A stretch of DNA of 38,646 bases from Gammaproteobacteria bacterium RIFCSPLOWO2_02_FULL_61_13 (GCA_001801865.1 MGYT01000166.1:10798-49443); one strand, 5' to 3'. Positions 19,801 to 29,413 are shown, counted from the first letter of the stretch. Program-made: numbers and translations. The notes: a model not told the origin generated them from the letters alone.

Positions 19801-21084
19801 ATGACGGGAAATCGATTCCTGCAACACGCGCGCGCCCGGTGGTCATGGCTGCACAATAATCTGGCCTGGCTGCTCATGGCGACCACATTGGCGTTGTTCG
19901 CCACGGAAACCCTGTTCAATGTGCCCTTCTGGCTCATGGCAGTTGCAGGCCTGTATCTGTCGATCAAGGCGCCGCGCGCGTTGTGGCGCGAGCCTGTTCT
20001 ACGCCTTGCCGGATTGCTGTTTCTTTGTATTTGGCTGCCCCAATTGCTGGCATTACCGGACGCTGCAAACCTTGGTCGCAGTCTCGAAACCGTTATCGCC
20101 TACCCGCATTTCTATTTCGCCGGCGTGTACATTCTGCGCGCGCTTCAGGATCGGCAAACCCGCGATCGGCTGGAAATGGCGATCTCAATCATAGTCACGG
20201 TCTGGATCGCAGACGCGTTGGTACAGTATGTTGCCGGCGCGGACCTGTTTGGTTATCCCTATCGCCCGGGGCAACTCACCGGGATGTTTTATCCCAAAAT
20301 CAGTCTCGGACACCTGCTCGCTGTCCTGGCGCCCGTATATTTCGAGACCGTGCGACAACGCTGCGGCGGCCGGCCCTGGCTTTGGCTGCTGGCGGCATTG
20401 CTGCTACTCACGGTCGTATTGCTGAGCGGCAGGCGCGTGGCCTGGTTGATGACGGGCCTTTCATTTGCCGGATACATACTTTATCTCTATCGCATCAATG
20501 CCATGTCCTTGCGTACGATTGCACTGGTTTTTGCAATCGGCGTGCTGGGTGGAAGTGCTGTTCTGGCGACAAACCCGGCCGTCGCGCGACGAACCGCCGT
20601 CCTGCTCGGCCTGTTCAGTGGTAATGCCAAGGACATGGACCAGGCCACCTCCCACCGACTGCCCTTATGGGGAACCGCCCTGCACATCGCCTCCAGCCAC
20701 TGGATCAATGGCGTAGGTCCGCGTGGTTACCGTTACGTGTTCCGTGAATACGCCGGGGATGACAACTTCTATCTGCGCAATGGCAGGGACGGGCAGACGC
20801 ACCCGCACCAACTGGTGCTCGAGGTGGCCACGGAAACCGGAGCAATTGGATTGTCCGGTCTGATCTGTTTCTGGTGGCTATTTATGACTGCGGGCTGGCG
20901 CCGCCTGCAGGCCACGCTGGACGGTGCGCCGTGGCTTATCGCCGGACTCGTGGCATGGTGGCCGCTGAACGCGCACATGGCGTTTTATGGATCCTACTGG
21001 TCAGCGGTCAGCTGGTGGGTGTTGTTGCTTTTGCTGGCGCCGCGCGGCGCGTCAGCGCCCGAACCATCATGCACAAGATCCTGA
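19801..21084 (+). CDS. O-antigen ligase/polymerase (WaaL/Wzy_C) family membrane protein
   Basis: Many TM segments; LLSGRR..W, RLPLW, GVGPRGYR, HPHQLVLEVATETGAIG. Confidence 0.88.
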   Translation: MTGNRFLQHARARWSWLHNNLAWLLMATTLALFATETLFNVPFWLMAVAGLYLSIKAPRALWREPVLRLAGLLFLCIWLPQLLALPDAANLGRSLETVIAYPHFYFAGVYILRALQDRQTRDRLEMAISIIVTVWIADALVQYVAGADLFGYPYRPGQLTGMFYPKISLGHLLAVLAPVYFETVRQRCGGRPWLWLLAALLLLTVVLLSGRRVAWLMTGLSFAGYILYLYRINAMSLRTIALVFAIGVLGGSAVLATNPAVARRTAVLLGLFSGNAKDMDQATSHRLPLWGTALHIASSHWINGVGPRGYRYVFREYAGDDNFYLRNGRDGQTHPHQLVLEVATETGAIGLSGLICFWWLFMTAGWRRLQATLDGAPWLIAGLVAWWPLNAHMAFYGSYWSAVSWWVLLLLLAPRGASAPEPSCTRS

Positions 21085-22025
21085 TCATCAAGTTAGGCGC
21101 GCTGGGCGACATCATCATGGCGTGCCCCATTATCAAACGCATCCAGGAGCATCACGGGGATGCCGGCATATATCTTCTTACCAGCGATGCCCACCGGGAT
21201 TTCTTTGGCCACTGGCCGGGCCTGGCAATACACAGTTTTGCCCGCCATGGCCTCGGCTCAACGTTACATGCCATGCGCTGGATTCGGGCGCAGCATTTCG
21301 AACGCATCTACGATTTACAATCCAATGATCGGTCCGGGCTGTTGTGCGCGATCAGCGGCGTGCGCGAGCGTGTCGGCAACCATCCGCGTTACCCGTATAC
21401 CATCCATCCGCATCAACCGTGGCGGGGCAAGACCCACATTCAAGAACGCTGGCGTGAGGTTCTCGTCAGCGCAGGGATTGACCCCGGGCCGCTGTTACCG
21501 TGGCTGCCGATACCGGATCAGGAGCGGCAGGCGGCGGCAGCCTGGTTGCGGGAGCGCCGCCTGGAGCGCACCCCTTTTGCGATCCTGCACGCGGGCGCAA
21601 GCCCCCGCCATCCGGAGAAACGCTGGCCTTGCTTTCGTGAACTGGGTGTCGCAATCCGTAGTGCAGGCATGGAGGTGGTATGGGCCGGGGGCGCCGACGA
21701 CGTGGCGCTGACGCATGAGTTGGCAAATCATGTCGGTATCGACGCAAGTGGGGCGTTATCGCTTACACAACTGGCTGCCCTGGGGGTGCATGCGCGCTTC
21801 GCTGTCACCAATGATTCAGCGCCCATGCATGTCCTTGCCTGCGCCGGCATCCCGGTGTTCGGATTATTCGGACCGACGGACTGGCGCATAAATCACGCCG
21901 TCGGACAGCGGGAATTTGTCATCAGCGCGAGTCCGGAGACGGAAAATTTTGTGCCTGTCCCTCTTTCCAGCCTGCCGGTTGCAGACGTGACAAAGAGACT
22001 GCGCATTGCCGGTTTGCTGGGTTGA
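21069..22025 (+). CDS. Glycosyltransferase family 9 (heptosyltransferase-like)
   Basis: KILIIKLGALGD, YDLQ, KRWP, VTNDSAPMH.A, GLFGPT. Confidence 0.9.
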   Translation: MHKILIIKLGALGDIIMACPIIKRIQEHHGDAGIYLLTSDAHRDFFGHWPGLAIHSFARHGLGSTLHAMRWIRAQHFERIYDLQSNDRSGLLCAISGVRERVGNHPRYPYTIHPHQPWRGKTHIQERWREVLVSAGIDPGPLLPWLPIPDQERQAAAAWLRERRLERTPFAILHAGASPRHPEKRWPCFRELGVAIRSAGMEVVWAGGADDVALTHELANHVGIDASGALSLTQLAALGVHARFAVTNDSAPMHVLACAGIPVFGLFGPTDWRINHAVGQREFVISASPETENFVPVPLSSLPVADVTKRLRIAGLLG

Positions 22026-22050
22026 ACCTATTACAGAAGCACTGAATTGT

Positions 22051-23085
22051 TCAGGGGTTCCTTGGCATGCCTTCGTAGACTGCCAGCAATTGCGGCACGA
22101 CCGCATCGGCGCTATAGCGCGAAACAAAGTAATCGGTTGCGCACGCGGCACGGGTCCTGGCCGTCGCTGGGTGCGCCAGCACCAGCATCAGCGCCTCGGC
22201 CAGCGCTGCGCTGTCTCCCGGCGGAACCAGTATGGCGCTGGCAGCATCGAGAATTTCCCGCGGCCCCTGAGTCGATGTAGCAACGATCGGGAGGCCGCGC
22301 GCCATGGCCTCCAGCACGACGATGCCAAACGGCTCATCCAATGAGGGCAGTACAAACAGGGTGCCCTGATCCAGAAAGGCGACCGGGTCGGTTAGCCAGC
22401 CGGCGAAACGCACGACGCCCCCGAGTCCCTCGCGCAAGGATGCCTGCTCCAGTTTTTTCCGGAGCGGGCCATCGCCGCCGATCAGCACCGGCGGCAAGGG
22501 GACGTCGCGCCGGCGCAGGTCCGCCAATGCGGCCAGCAGTATATGAAACCCCTTCTTCTGCACCATTCGTCCCAGGGCGATAAGGGCGGCAGGCCGATCC
22601 GGCGGCGGTGTCATCGCCGGTAACACGGAAAAATTGGGCACCACCTGCATGCGCTCGGCAGTAATGCCGCATTGCCGCAGATAGGCGGCCTGATCCCGGG
22701 TGGCCGGCAGAAATTTGTTCACGCGGGCGTAGTATTTAATGTTTACGTAATTATGCGTCATGCTTAGCAGCGGCACTTGAGTGTCCCGCAGTGCTGTACC
22801 AGTGTGGAATGCAGCGCGGGCCAAATGGGCCTGCACCACCGCCGGCCGAAATGCCTCGATGAGCGCGCGCAACCGCCCCGCGGTAAAGGGATCCCAATTG
22901 CCCAATGAACGGACGGTGGCAATCTCGAGTCCTGCCATCCGCCCCAGGCGTTCCCGCGCCATGCCGGACGGATGACATATGGCGAGAACGTGATGGCCTC
23001 GGCGTGCCAGTTCCTGTGACAGGTCCACGAAATAGCGTTCGGCGCCGCCGAAGCCTTTTGCCAGCATGACGTGACAGATACGCAT
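22051..23085 (-). CDS. Glycosyltransferase family 4
   Basis: MRICHVMLAKGFGGAERY, GRMVQKKG, PSLDEPFGIVVLEAMARG. Confidence 0.92.
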   Translation of the reverse strand: MRICHVMLAKGFGGAERYFVDLSQELARRGHHVLAICHPSGMARERLGRMAGLEIATVRSLGNWDPFTAGRLRALIEAFRPAVVQAHLARAAFHTGTALRDTQVPLLSMTHNYVNIKYYARVNKFLPATRDQAAYLRQCGITAERMQVVPNFSVLPAMTPPPDRPAALIALGRMVQKKGFHILLAALADLRRRDVPLPPVLIGGDGPLRKKLEQASLREGLGGVVRFAGWLTDPVAFLDQGTLFVLPSLDEPFGIVVLEAMARGLPIVATSTQGPREILDAASAILVPPGDSAALAEALMLVLAHPATARTRAACATDYFVSRYSADAVVPQLLAVYEGMPRNP

Positions 23086-23087
23086 GC

Positions 23088-24026
23088 TCACACAGCCAGC
23101 GATGGGACGTTTTCCGATCGACATGCCATCACTTGCGCACGCAACTGATTGAGCACATCCGTTACCGGAAGCCGATTCAGGTCGCGATCCGGTCCCACCA
23201 GCCACGCCGCTCCGGGCCCCCAGGGGCGATAGCGCGCCGGATCGCCGACACCGAAAAGGGTCAAGGTGGGTGTCTGCACCGCGGCAGCGATATGACCCAG
23301 GCCGGAGTCGTTGCCGACAAAGATTTGCGCCTGTTTGAGAACGGCGGCAGCCTCAAGCAGACCGGTCTTCCCGGTTAGATTCAGGCATGGAAATGGGGCG
23401 GCCGCGGCAATGGCGGCCGCGGGCAGCCGATCACCTGCGCTCCCCAGCAACACCACTGCGTCAAACTCGCCGTGCAACGACTCGGCCAACTCGATGAAGC
23501 GCCGTGCCGGCCAGATCTTGGGTGGCCAGTTCGCGCCCGGTCCCAGCGCCAGCAGGCGCCGGCCGGCAAACTCGCCCAGCAGGTTGCGCGCGAATTCGTG
23601 CTGGGCGGGACCAAGCCATATGCGTGGGGAAAACTTTTCCAGGTCCAGCGGTACACCTGACATGACACCGAGATGCTGTTGCACCGCATGCGGACCGGAT
23701 GCGCGCCCCTGCCAGCGAAAGAAACGGCGTCGTGCGCGGATCAGCAACGGCAGAAAATCCGTGCGCAAATCCACGACCAGGTCGTAGCGGACAGTGCGCA
23801 AATCGACCAGCAAACTGGCCAGGCCACGCAGCGCCCGCTGTTTATCCTTGTGGATGACGCGGCCAAGAAAAGGACAACCGGAAAAGATCTCGCTGGAACG
23901 GCGATCGCCAACAATGTCGACCCTGGCAGCCGGTTCGAAGGCGTGCAGGGCCTGTAATACCGGAGTGGTCATAATGGCATCACCGATATTGCTCAAACTG
24001 ACAAGCAGAAATCTGGGCGCGTTCAT
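23088..24026 (-). CDS. Glycosyltransferase family 9 (heptosyltransferase-like)
   Basis: SLSNIGDAIMTTP, PGANWPPKIWP, FVGNDSGLGHIAAA, LFG; ATGA overlap with mnmE stop. Confidence 0.9.
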   Translation of the reverse strand: MNAPRFLLVSLSNIGDAIMTTPVLQALHAFEPAARVDIVGDRRSSEIFSGCPFLGRVIHKDKQRALRGLASLLVDLRTVRYDLVVDLRTDFLPLLIRARRRFFRWQGRASGPHAVQQHLGVMSGVPLDLEKFSPRIWLGPAQHEFARNLLGEFAGRRLLALGPGANWPPKIWPARRFIELAESLHGEFDAVVLLGSAGDRLPAAAIAAAAPFPCLNLTGKTGLLEAAAVLKQAQIFVGNDSGLGHIAAAVQTPTLTLFGVGDPARYRPWGPGAAWLVGPDRDLNRLPVTDVLNQLRAQVMACRSENVPSLAV

Positions 24027-25369
24027 TTGCCGATGCAGAACCGGGAAAAGATCTGGCCCAAAAGTTCATCCGCGCTCACGGTACCGGTAATCCGGCCCAG
24101 CGCGGTTTGCGCAAGGCGCAATTCTTCCGCCGCCAGTTCCAATGCGCCGCCCTCCTCCACCACCCGTGCCGCCTGCGCCACGGCAACGCCGGCCGCATCC
24201 AGCGCATGCAAATGACGGGTCTGCGCCAGCAGTACGTCCTCAGGACCAGCACCGCCGGCGACTGCCTCTTCCAGGATTTGCTGCAACAATTCGATACCCT
24301 CCCCGCTGCGGGCGCACAGCGACACCTCCCATCCATCCTGACATTCCTGCATCCCGGCTTTTGCCCCGCACAAATCTATCTTGTTACGTACCCGGACGCG
24401 GCGCTGCGCCGGCGGCAGCCGCGCCTTCAGTTCCGGCGGAACCTGCTGCATGGAATGGTCGCTCACCAGCAGAACCAGGTCCGCTTGCTCCAGCGCCAGC
24501 AAACTCCGGCGCACGCCTTCCTGCTCCACGGAATCCGCGCTGTCGCGAACGCCGGCTGTATCGATGATGGAAAGCCGCACCCCGCCCACCGTCATATCGC
24601 CCTCAATCGTGTCCCGGGTCGTGCCAGGGAGCACGTCGACGATGGCGCGGTCGGTGCCCGTCAGACGATTGAGCAAAGTTGACTTGCCGACATTCGGCGC
24701 TCCGGCGATGACCACGCGTAATCCGGCACGCAACAGGTTTCCGGCCCGCGCAGCTGCCAACACCTGCTGCAGTTGCCCGAGCCAGTTGCCTGCGTCCGCC
24801 TGCAACTGCCGGCGCCCGGGCAGATCCAGGTCTTCTTCGGGAAAATCCAGCGCCGCCTCAACCGCTACACGCAGCAAGCTCAGCCCATTCTGCAATACAG
24901 AAATGCGCCGTGAAAATTCCCCGTCCATGGCACGGACTGCGCAACGCGCAGCGCGCTCCGTCTGGCTGTTTATCAAATCCGCCACGGCCTCGGCCTGGAG
25001 CAGATCCATGCGCCCATTGAGAAAAGCCCGCTCGGTGAATTCTCCGGGCCGGGCCGGCCGCGCACCGAGTTCCAGCACACGCCGCAACACGAGGTTGGTG
25101 ACCACCGGGCCACCATGTCCCTGCAACTCAAGGACATCCTCGCCGGTATAGGAAGCGGGGGCGGCGAAATACAACAGCACGCCGTGATCAATTACCGCCG
25201 CGTCCGCGTCGAGGAATGCCCGGTAAGTTGCGCGCCGGGGATCAATCCCGGCGCCGGAAATCGCCTTTGCAATGGCGTGGCACATGGGGCCCGAGACCCG
25301 CACTATGCCTATCCCACCGCGCCCTGCGGGGGTGGCGATGGCGGCTATGGTATCGGCCGCCGGAGTCAC
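24023..25369 (-). CDS. mnmE: tRNA modification GTPase MnmE
   Basis: DTIAAIATP, SYTGEDVLELQGHGG, GAPNVGKS, GTTRD, DTAG, NKID, C-terminal FCIGK. Confidence 0.98.
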   Translation of the reverse strand: MTPAADTIAAIATPAGRGGIGIVRVSGPMCHAIAKAISGAGIDPRRATYRAFLDADAAVIDHGVLLYFAAPASYTGEDVLELQGHGGPVVTNLVLRRVLELGARPARPGEFTERAFLNGRMDLLQAEAVADLINSQTERAARCAVRAMDGEFSRRISVLQNGLSLLRVAVEAALDFPEEDLDLPGRRQLQADAGNWLGQLQQVLAAARAGNLLRAGLRVVIAGAPNVGKSTLLNRLTGTDRAIVDVLPGTTRDTIEGDMTVGGVRLSIIDTAGVRDSADSVEQEGVRRSLLALEQADLVLLVSDHSMQQVPPELKARLPPAQRRVRVRNKIDLCGAKAGMQECQDGWEVSLCARSGEGIELLQQILEEAVAGGAGPEDVLLAQTRHLHALDAAGVAVAQAARVVEEGGALELAAEELRLAQTALGRITGTVSADELLGQIFSRFCIGK

Positions 25370-25372
25370 GGC

Positions 25373-27010
25373 TCAGCCCGGGGTCTTTGTGCCACGCTCA
25401 ATGTTGCGCGTGATGAGCCACTGCTGGGCGATGGAGAGGATATTGTTTGCCACCCAATACACCACCAGTCCCGACGGAAAGAAGCCAAAGAAAATAGTGA
25501 AGGCGAAGGGCATGATCTGCATAACCTTCTCCTGTACCGGGTCCATGGGCGCGGGATTGAGCTTCTGCTGAATGAACATGGTCACGCCCATGATCAGCGG
25601 TAGCACCCAGTAGGGATCCGGCGCGGACAGATCCTTGATCCATAGAATGAACGGCGCCTGGCGCATTTCCACCGACTCCAACAGCACCCAGTACAGTGCA
25701 ATAAATACCGGTATCTGAATCAGGATTGGCAGGCAACCGCCAAAGGGATTTATTTTTTCCTCCTTGTAGATCTGCATCATGGCCTGGTTCAGGCGCGCAC
25801 GATCCTCCTTGTAGCGCTCCTGGATCGCCTTCAGGCGCGGCTGCACGCGCCGCATGTTGGCCATGGACCGGTAGCCGGCGGCGGAAAGGTGGTAAAAAAG
25901 GATCTTCAACAGCACCGTCACCAGAATGATTGACCAGCCCCAGTTTCCGGTCTGTTCATGCAACCACACCAGGCAGCGGAACAGCGGTTTCCCGATAAAC
26001 CACAGCGCGCCGTAATCAACAGTCAGATCCAGACCTTCCGCCGTTTCCGCCAGGACTCCCTGGATCTTCGGGCCGACATAAAGGCGCATTTCCGTATCCG
26101 CGCTGGCGCCGGCCGGGATCTCCAGCATCGGCGTGAATGCACCCACGGCGAACTGATTGTCTGCAAGAATGGAACTGTAATAGTGATAGGGCCGGTTGTT
26201 ATCCGCGGGGAGGATGGCGGCGATGAAATAATGCTGCAGCATCGCGACCCACCCGTTGACCACGTCGCGCGCTATCTTCTGTTCCATGAGATCGTCAAAG
26301 TCCACCTTCTCATAGCGTTGCTCCGGACTCGACAATACCGCGCCAATATAGGTGTAGATAATGCGCCACCCGCCGGTATCTGGCTTGGCGCGCTGAATTT
26401 GCGTGTAGCTTCTCCCTGCCCAGGCCGCCGTGGATCGATTTTCCACCCGGTAACGCACGTGGATCACGTAGCTGCCGCGCGTAAAGCGATATTCCTTGGT
26501 CACGGACAATTCGCCATCCTGCCACCGCAACGGGACTATCAATTCCTGCTGCCCCTTTGCCATCTGAAACTTGTCCGCCGATGCCTGGAACAGGTCCTTA
26601 TGCGATGGGCCGCCCGCGGAACCCACCAGTCCGCCCTGAATGACATACGCCTCAGGCGCTGCGGCATCGAGAATGACCAGCGGTATTTCAGGCCGGGACA
26701 GGTTCAGGGGGTAACCCGGCAACGCCAAGCGTTGAATGCCCGCGCCGCGTCGATTGATTTCCAGTTGCAGCACGTCCGTTTCCACAGATATGGGCCGTTC
26801 CGTGCCGGCCCCAATACTCGCGTTGATCGCACCTGCGTCAAATGACGGCGATGGCGGCGGCGATGCAGGTACCGGCAGCGGCGCGGCTGCGTCCGGACTC
26901 GCGGCAGGAACCGGGGCGGGAACCGGACTGTAATCTGACTCCCATGTCTGCCAGATCATGGATCCGACCAGCACCAGGGAGACCACGAGAATGAAGCGTA
27001 GATTTTCCAA
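25373..27010 (-). CDS. yidC: Membrane protein insertase YidC
   Basis: TTG start with GGAG 7 nt upstream; N-terminal TM, LYVGPK, VDYG, GNWG, NPFGGCLP, PSGLVVYW. Confidence 0.96.
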   Translation of the reverse strand: MENLRFILVVSLVLVGSMIWQTWESDYSPVPAPVPAASPDAAAPLPVPASPPPSPSFDAGAINASIGAGTERPISVETDVLQLEINRRGAGIQRLALPGYPLNLSRPEIPLVILDAAAPEAYVIQGGLVGSAGGPSHKDLFQASADKFQMAKGQQELIVPLRWQDGELSVTKEYRFTRGSYVIHVRYRVENRSTAAWAGRSYTQIQRAKPDTGGWRIIYTYIGAVLSSPEQRYEKVDFDDLMEQKIARDVVNGWVAMLQHYFIAAILPADNNRPYHYYSSILADNQFAVGAFTPMLEIPAGASADTEMRLYVGPKIQGVLAETAEGLDLTVDYGALWFIGKPLFRCLVWLHEQTGNWGWSIILVTVLLKILFYHLSAAGYRSMANMRRVQPRLKAIQERYKEDRARLNQAMMQIYKEEKINPFGGCLPILIQIPVFIALYWVLLESVEMRQAPFILWIKDLSAPDPYWVLPLIMGVTMFIQQKLNPAPMDPVQEKVMQIMPFAFTIFFGFFPSGLVVYWVANNILSIAQQWLITRNIERGTKTPG

Positions 27011-27014
27011 GCGC

Positions 27015-27230
27015 CTACTCCGACGGGACCGGATCGACACCGCCCGCGCAAAACGGGTGACAGCGCAGTATGCGTCCCAACCCATATCTGATGCCGGCCC
27101 AGGTGCCGTGTACACGTAATGCCTCCAACATGTACTCGGAACAGGTCGGATGAAACCGGCACTGCCCGCCGAAATAGGGACTAAAGGCCAACCGATACAC
27201 CCGAATCAATCCCGTCAGCAGGGCGCGCAT
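27015..27230 (-). CDS. yidD: Membrane protein insertion efficiency factor
   Basis: CRFHPTCSEY, RILRCHPF..GGVDPVP. Confidence 0.94.
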   Translation of the reverse strand: MRALLTGLIRVYRLAFSPYFGGQCRFHPTCSEYMLEALRVHGTWAGIRYGLGRILRCHPFCAGGVDPVPSE

Positions 27231-27580
27231 GATGGTGCCACCTTTTGCGAATGCTTTTGCAGTGATGCCCACAGCTTTTCCGAATCGTTCACGTCCACTC
27301 GAGCCTGCGCCATGACCACCAGATCCACGCCCCCGAATTGATCCTGGTGCGTGCGGAAGTACTCGCGCACAATTCTTTTCAGGCGATTTCGCACCACGGC
27401 GGAGCGGATGCGGTTCCGGGCGATGGCAAACCCCAGGCGCGGGCGCTGCAACCCGTTTACGCGGGCAAGGATAACGAATTGCGAATCACTGGAACGCTGG
27501 CTGAAAGCAAAAACCGCTTTGAAATCCGCCGGGGTCCGGAGTCTGCTGGCGGGCGGAAATCTGCCCGTCGCGCAGGTCAC
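27215..27580 (-). CDS. rnpA: Ribonuclease P protein component
   Basis: F...RL...DFKAVF, RLGFAI, SAVVRNRLKRIVREYFR. Confidence 0.95.
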   Translation of the reverse strand: MTCATGRFPPASRLRTPADFKAVFAFSQRSSDSQFVILARVNGLQRPRLGFAIARNRIRSAVVRNRLKRIVREYFRTHQDQFGGVDLVVMAQARVDVNDSEKLWASLQKHSQKVAPSCAPC

Positions 27581-27588
27581 AGGCGTGC

Positions 27589-27723
27589 TCAGGGCGTAAG
27601 CCGCTTTCTGCCCTTCGCGCGCCGCGACTTGAGTACCTTTCTTCCACCCTTGGTACTCATACGGGCACGAAAGCCGTGATCGCGCTTGCGCTTGATTTTG
27701 CTGGGTTGGTACGTCCGTTTCAT
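27589..27723 (-). CDS. rpmH: 50S ribosomal protein L34
   Basis: [22 protein letters not shown]...RRAKGRKRL. Confidence 0.98.
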   Translation of the reverse strand: MKRTYQPSKIKRKRDHGFRARMSTKGGRKVLKSRRAKGRKRLTP

Positions 27724-27775
27724 AATCGACTGAATCCTGGTTAACTGCTGGGAATACAAGCGAAAAAGGCGCGGT

Positions 27776-27805
27776 ATCTTACGAGCCACCCTTTCGCATT
27801 GTCAA
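27776..27805 (-). promoter_or_regulatory. Sigma-70 promoter for rpmH operon
   Basis: Minus strand TTGACA-N18-TAAGAT followed by GC-rich discriminator ACCGCGCC. Confidence 0.7.
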
Positions 27806-27816
27806 TTTTGCCGGGC

Positions 27817-27847
27817 TGTGGATAACCCTTGGGAACGGGTATACACT
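27817..27847 (+). promoter_or_regulatory. Perfect DnaA box overlapping the putative dnaA promoter
   Basis: TGTGGATAA (reverse of TTATCCACA) at 27817-27825; TGGATA-N17-TACACT. Confidence 0.7.
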
Positions 27848-27911
27848 CCAGCCCTCTCCTGTTTCATCAAGAAAACTCTAATAATAAAGTACACAGCTCT
27901 CGGGGCCACCG

Positions 27912-29231
27912 ATGTCAATCTGGGAAGTATGTTTGAATCGGTTGGAAGGGGAGCTTTCCGCGCAACAGTTCAACACCTGGATCCGGCCACTACAGGCGAT
28001 TGAGGCAGCGGAATCCATTCGACTGCTGGCGCCAAACCGCTTTGTGCTGGACTGGATCACGGAACAGTACCTGGAGCGGATCAGGAACCTGATTGGCAAT
28101 ATAACCAACGGTCGCGGCTGTAGCCTGTCCGTTGAGGTTGGTAGTAGTTCGCGTCAACCTGCCGGGCCCACGACAACCCAAACCAGTGACGCCCCGCCGG
28201 CACCGCGGCGACAATCGAACAACCTGAATCCCGCGTTCCGCTTTGAGACATTTGTCGAGGGAAAATCCAACCAACTCGCCCGGGCAGCATCCATGCAGGC
28301 CGCGGAAAACCCCGGCGCATCATACAACCCGCTGTTTATCTGCGGCGGTGTGGGCCTGGGCAAAACCCATCTGATGCAGGCCATCGGCCAGGGAATACTT
28401 CAGTACAAACCCGGTGCGAACGTCGCTTATCTGCATTCCGAACGCTTTGTAGCCGACATGGTACGGGCCCTGCAACACAACACTATCAATGAATTCAAAC
28501 GTTTTTACCGCTCTCTCGATGCCTTGCTGATTGATGACATTCAGTTCTTCGCCGGCAAGGAGCGCTCGCAGGAAGAGTTTTTTCACACCTTCAATTCCCT
28601 GTTGGAAGGGCGACATCAGATCGTGCTTACCTGTGATCGTTACCCAAGGGAAGTGAACCTGGAGGAGCGGCTTAAATCCCGTTTTGGCTGGGGGCTTACT
28701 GTTGCCATTGAACCACCGGAGTTGGAAACCCGTGTCGCAATAATAAAACAGAAGGCGGAACAGTCCGGCGTAGTGGTGCCGGATGAAGTTGCGTTTTTTA
28801 TTGCCAAGCGATTTCGGTCCAACGTGCGTGAATTGGAGGGCGCTCTTAACCGTGTAGTGGCCAACGCCCGGCTGACGGGAAATTCCCTTTCACTGGAGTT
28901 TGCGCAGTCCGCGCTGCGTGATTTGTTGTTACTCCAGGACAAGCAAGTGACACTGGAGAATATCCAGCGGACAGTGGCAGAGTACTATCAAATCCGGGTG
29001 GCAGACCTGCATTCAAAACGGCGGAATCGATCTATTGTCCGGCCAAGACAATTGGCGATGGCTTTGGCGAAGGAGTTGACCGGTCACAGTCTGCCCGAGA
29101 TTGGGGATGCCTTTGGGGGTCGCGATCACACCACGGTGCTGCACGCATGCCGCAAGATCGCGGTTCTTTGTCAGGAGGAAAGAAAGATGGAAGAGGATTA
29201 CAGGAATCTCGCGAACATCCTCACAAGCTGA
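27912..29231 (+). CDS. dnaA: Chromosomal replication initiator DnaA
   Basis: [49 protein letters not shown]. Confidence 0.99.
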   Translation: MSIWEVCLNRLEGELSAQQFNTWIRPLQAIEAAESIRLLAPNRFVLDWITEQYLERIRNLIGNITNGRGCSLSVEVGSSSRQPAGPTTTQTSDAPPAPRRQSNNLNPAFRFETFVEGKSNQLARAASMQAAENPGASYNPLFICGGVGLGKTHLMQAIGQGILQYKPGANVAYLHSERFVADMVRALQHNTINEFKRFYRSLDALLIDDIQFFAGKERSQEEFFHTFNSLLEGRHQIVLTCDRYPREVNLEERLKSRFGWGLTVAIEPPELETRVAIIKQKAEQSGVVVPDEVAFFIAKRFRSNVRELEGALNRVVANARLTGNSLSLEFAQSALRDLLLLQDKQVTLENIQRTVAEYYQIRVADLHSKRRNRSIVRPRQLAMALAKELTGHSLPEIGDAFGGRDHTTVLHACRKIAVLCQEERKMEEDYRNLANILTS

Positions 29232-29413
29232 GTAAAAACTGTGGATAAACCAGGACATACTCATGACAGTGCTCAACTTATTAGACGGATGTACGGGCTT
29301 ATACACAGTAATTCAGTATAGTTCTATATTATTTAACTATATGATATTTATATGTTTTTTATACTTATAAACAGAAAAAAGCTCTACTAATAAGAGAAAT
29401 AGGGATAGATCTT
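29232..29413. other. oriC: Chromosomal replication origin oriC (predicted)
   Basis: DnaA boxes TGTGGATAA 29240-29248, TTATACACA 29299-29307, TTATAAACA 29365-29373; very AT-rich 29308-29400; IHF-like site 29334-29346; trio-like CTACTAATA 29384-29392; G/C skew changes across it. Confidence 0.85.

Noticed and set aside
29308-29400. AT-rich tract as a foreign insertion or mobile element end
   Set aside because: No terminal repeats or transposase; DnaA boxes and position explain it as oriC
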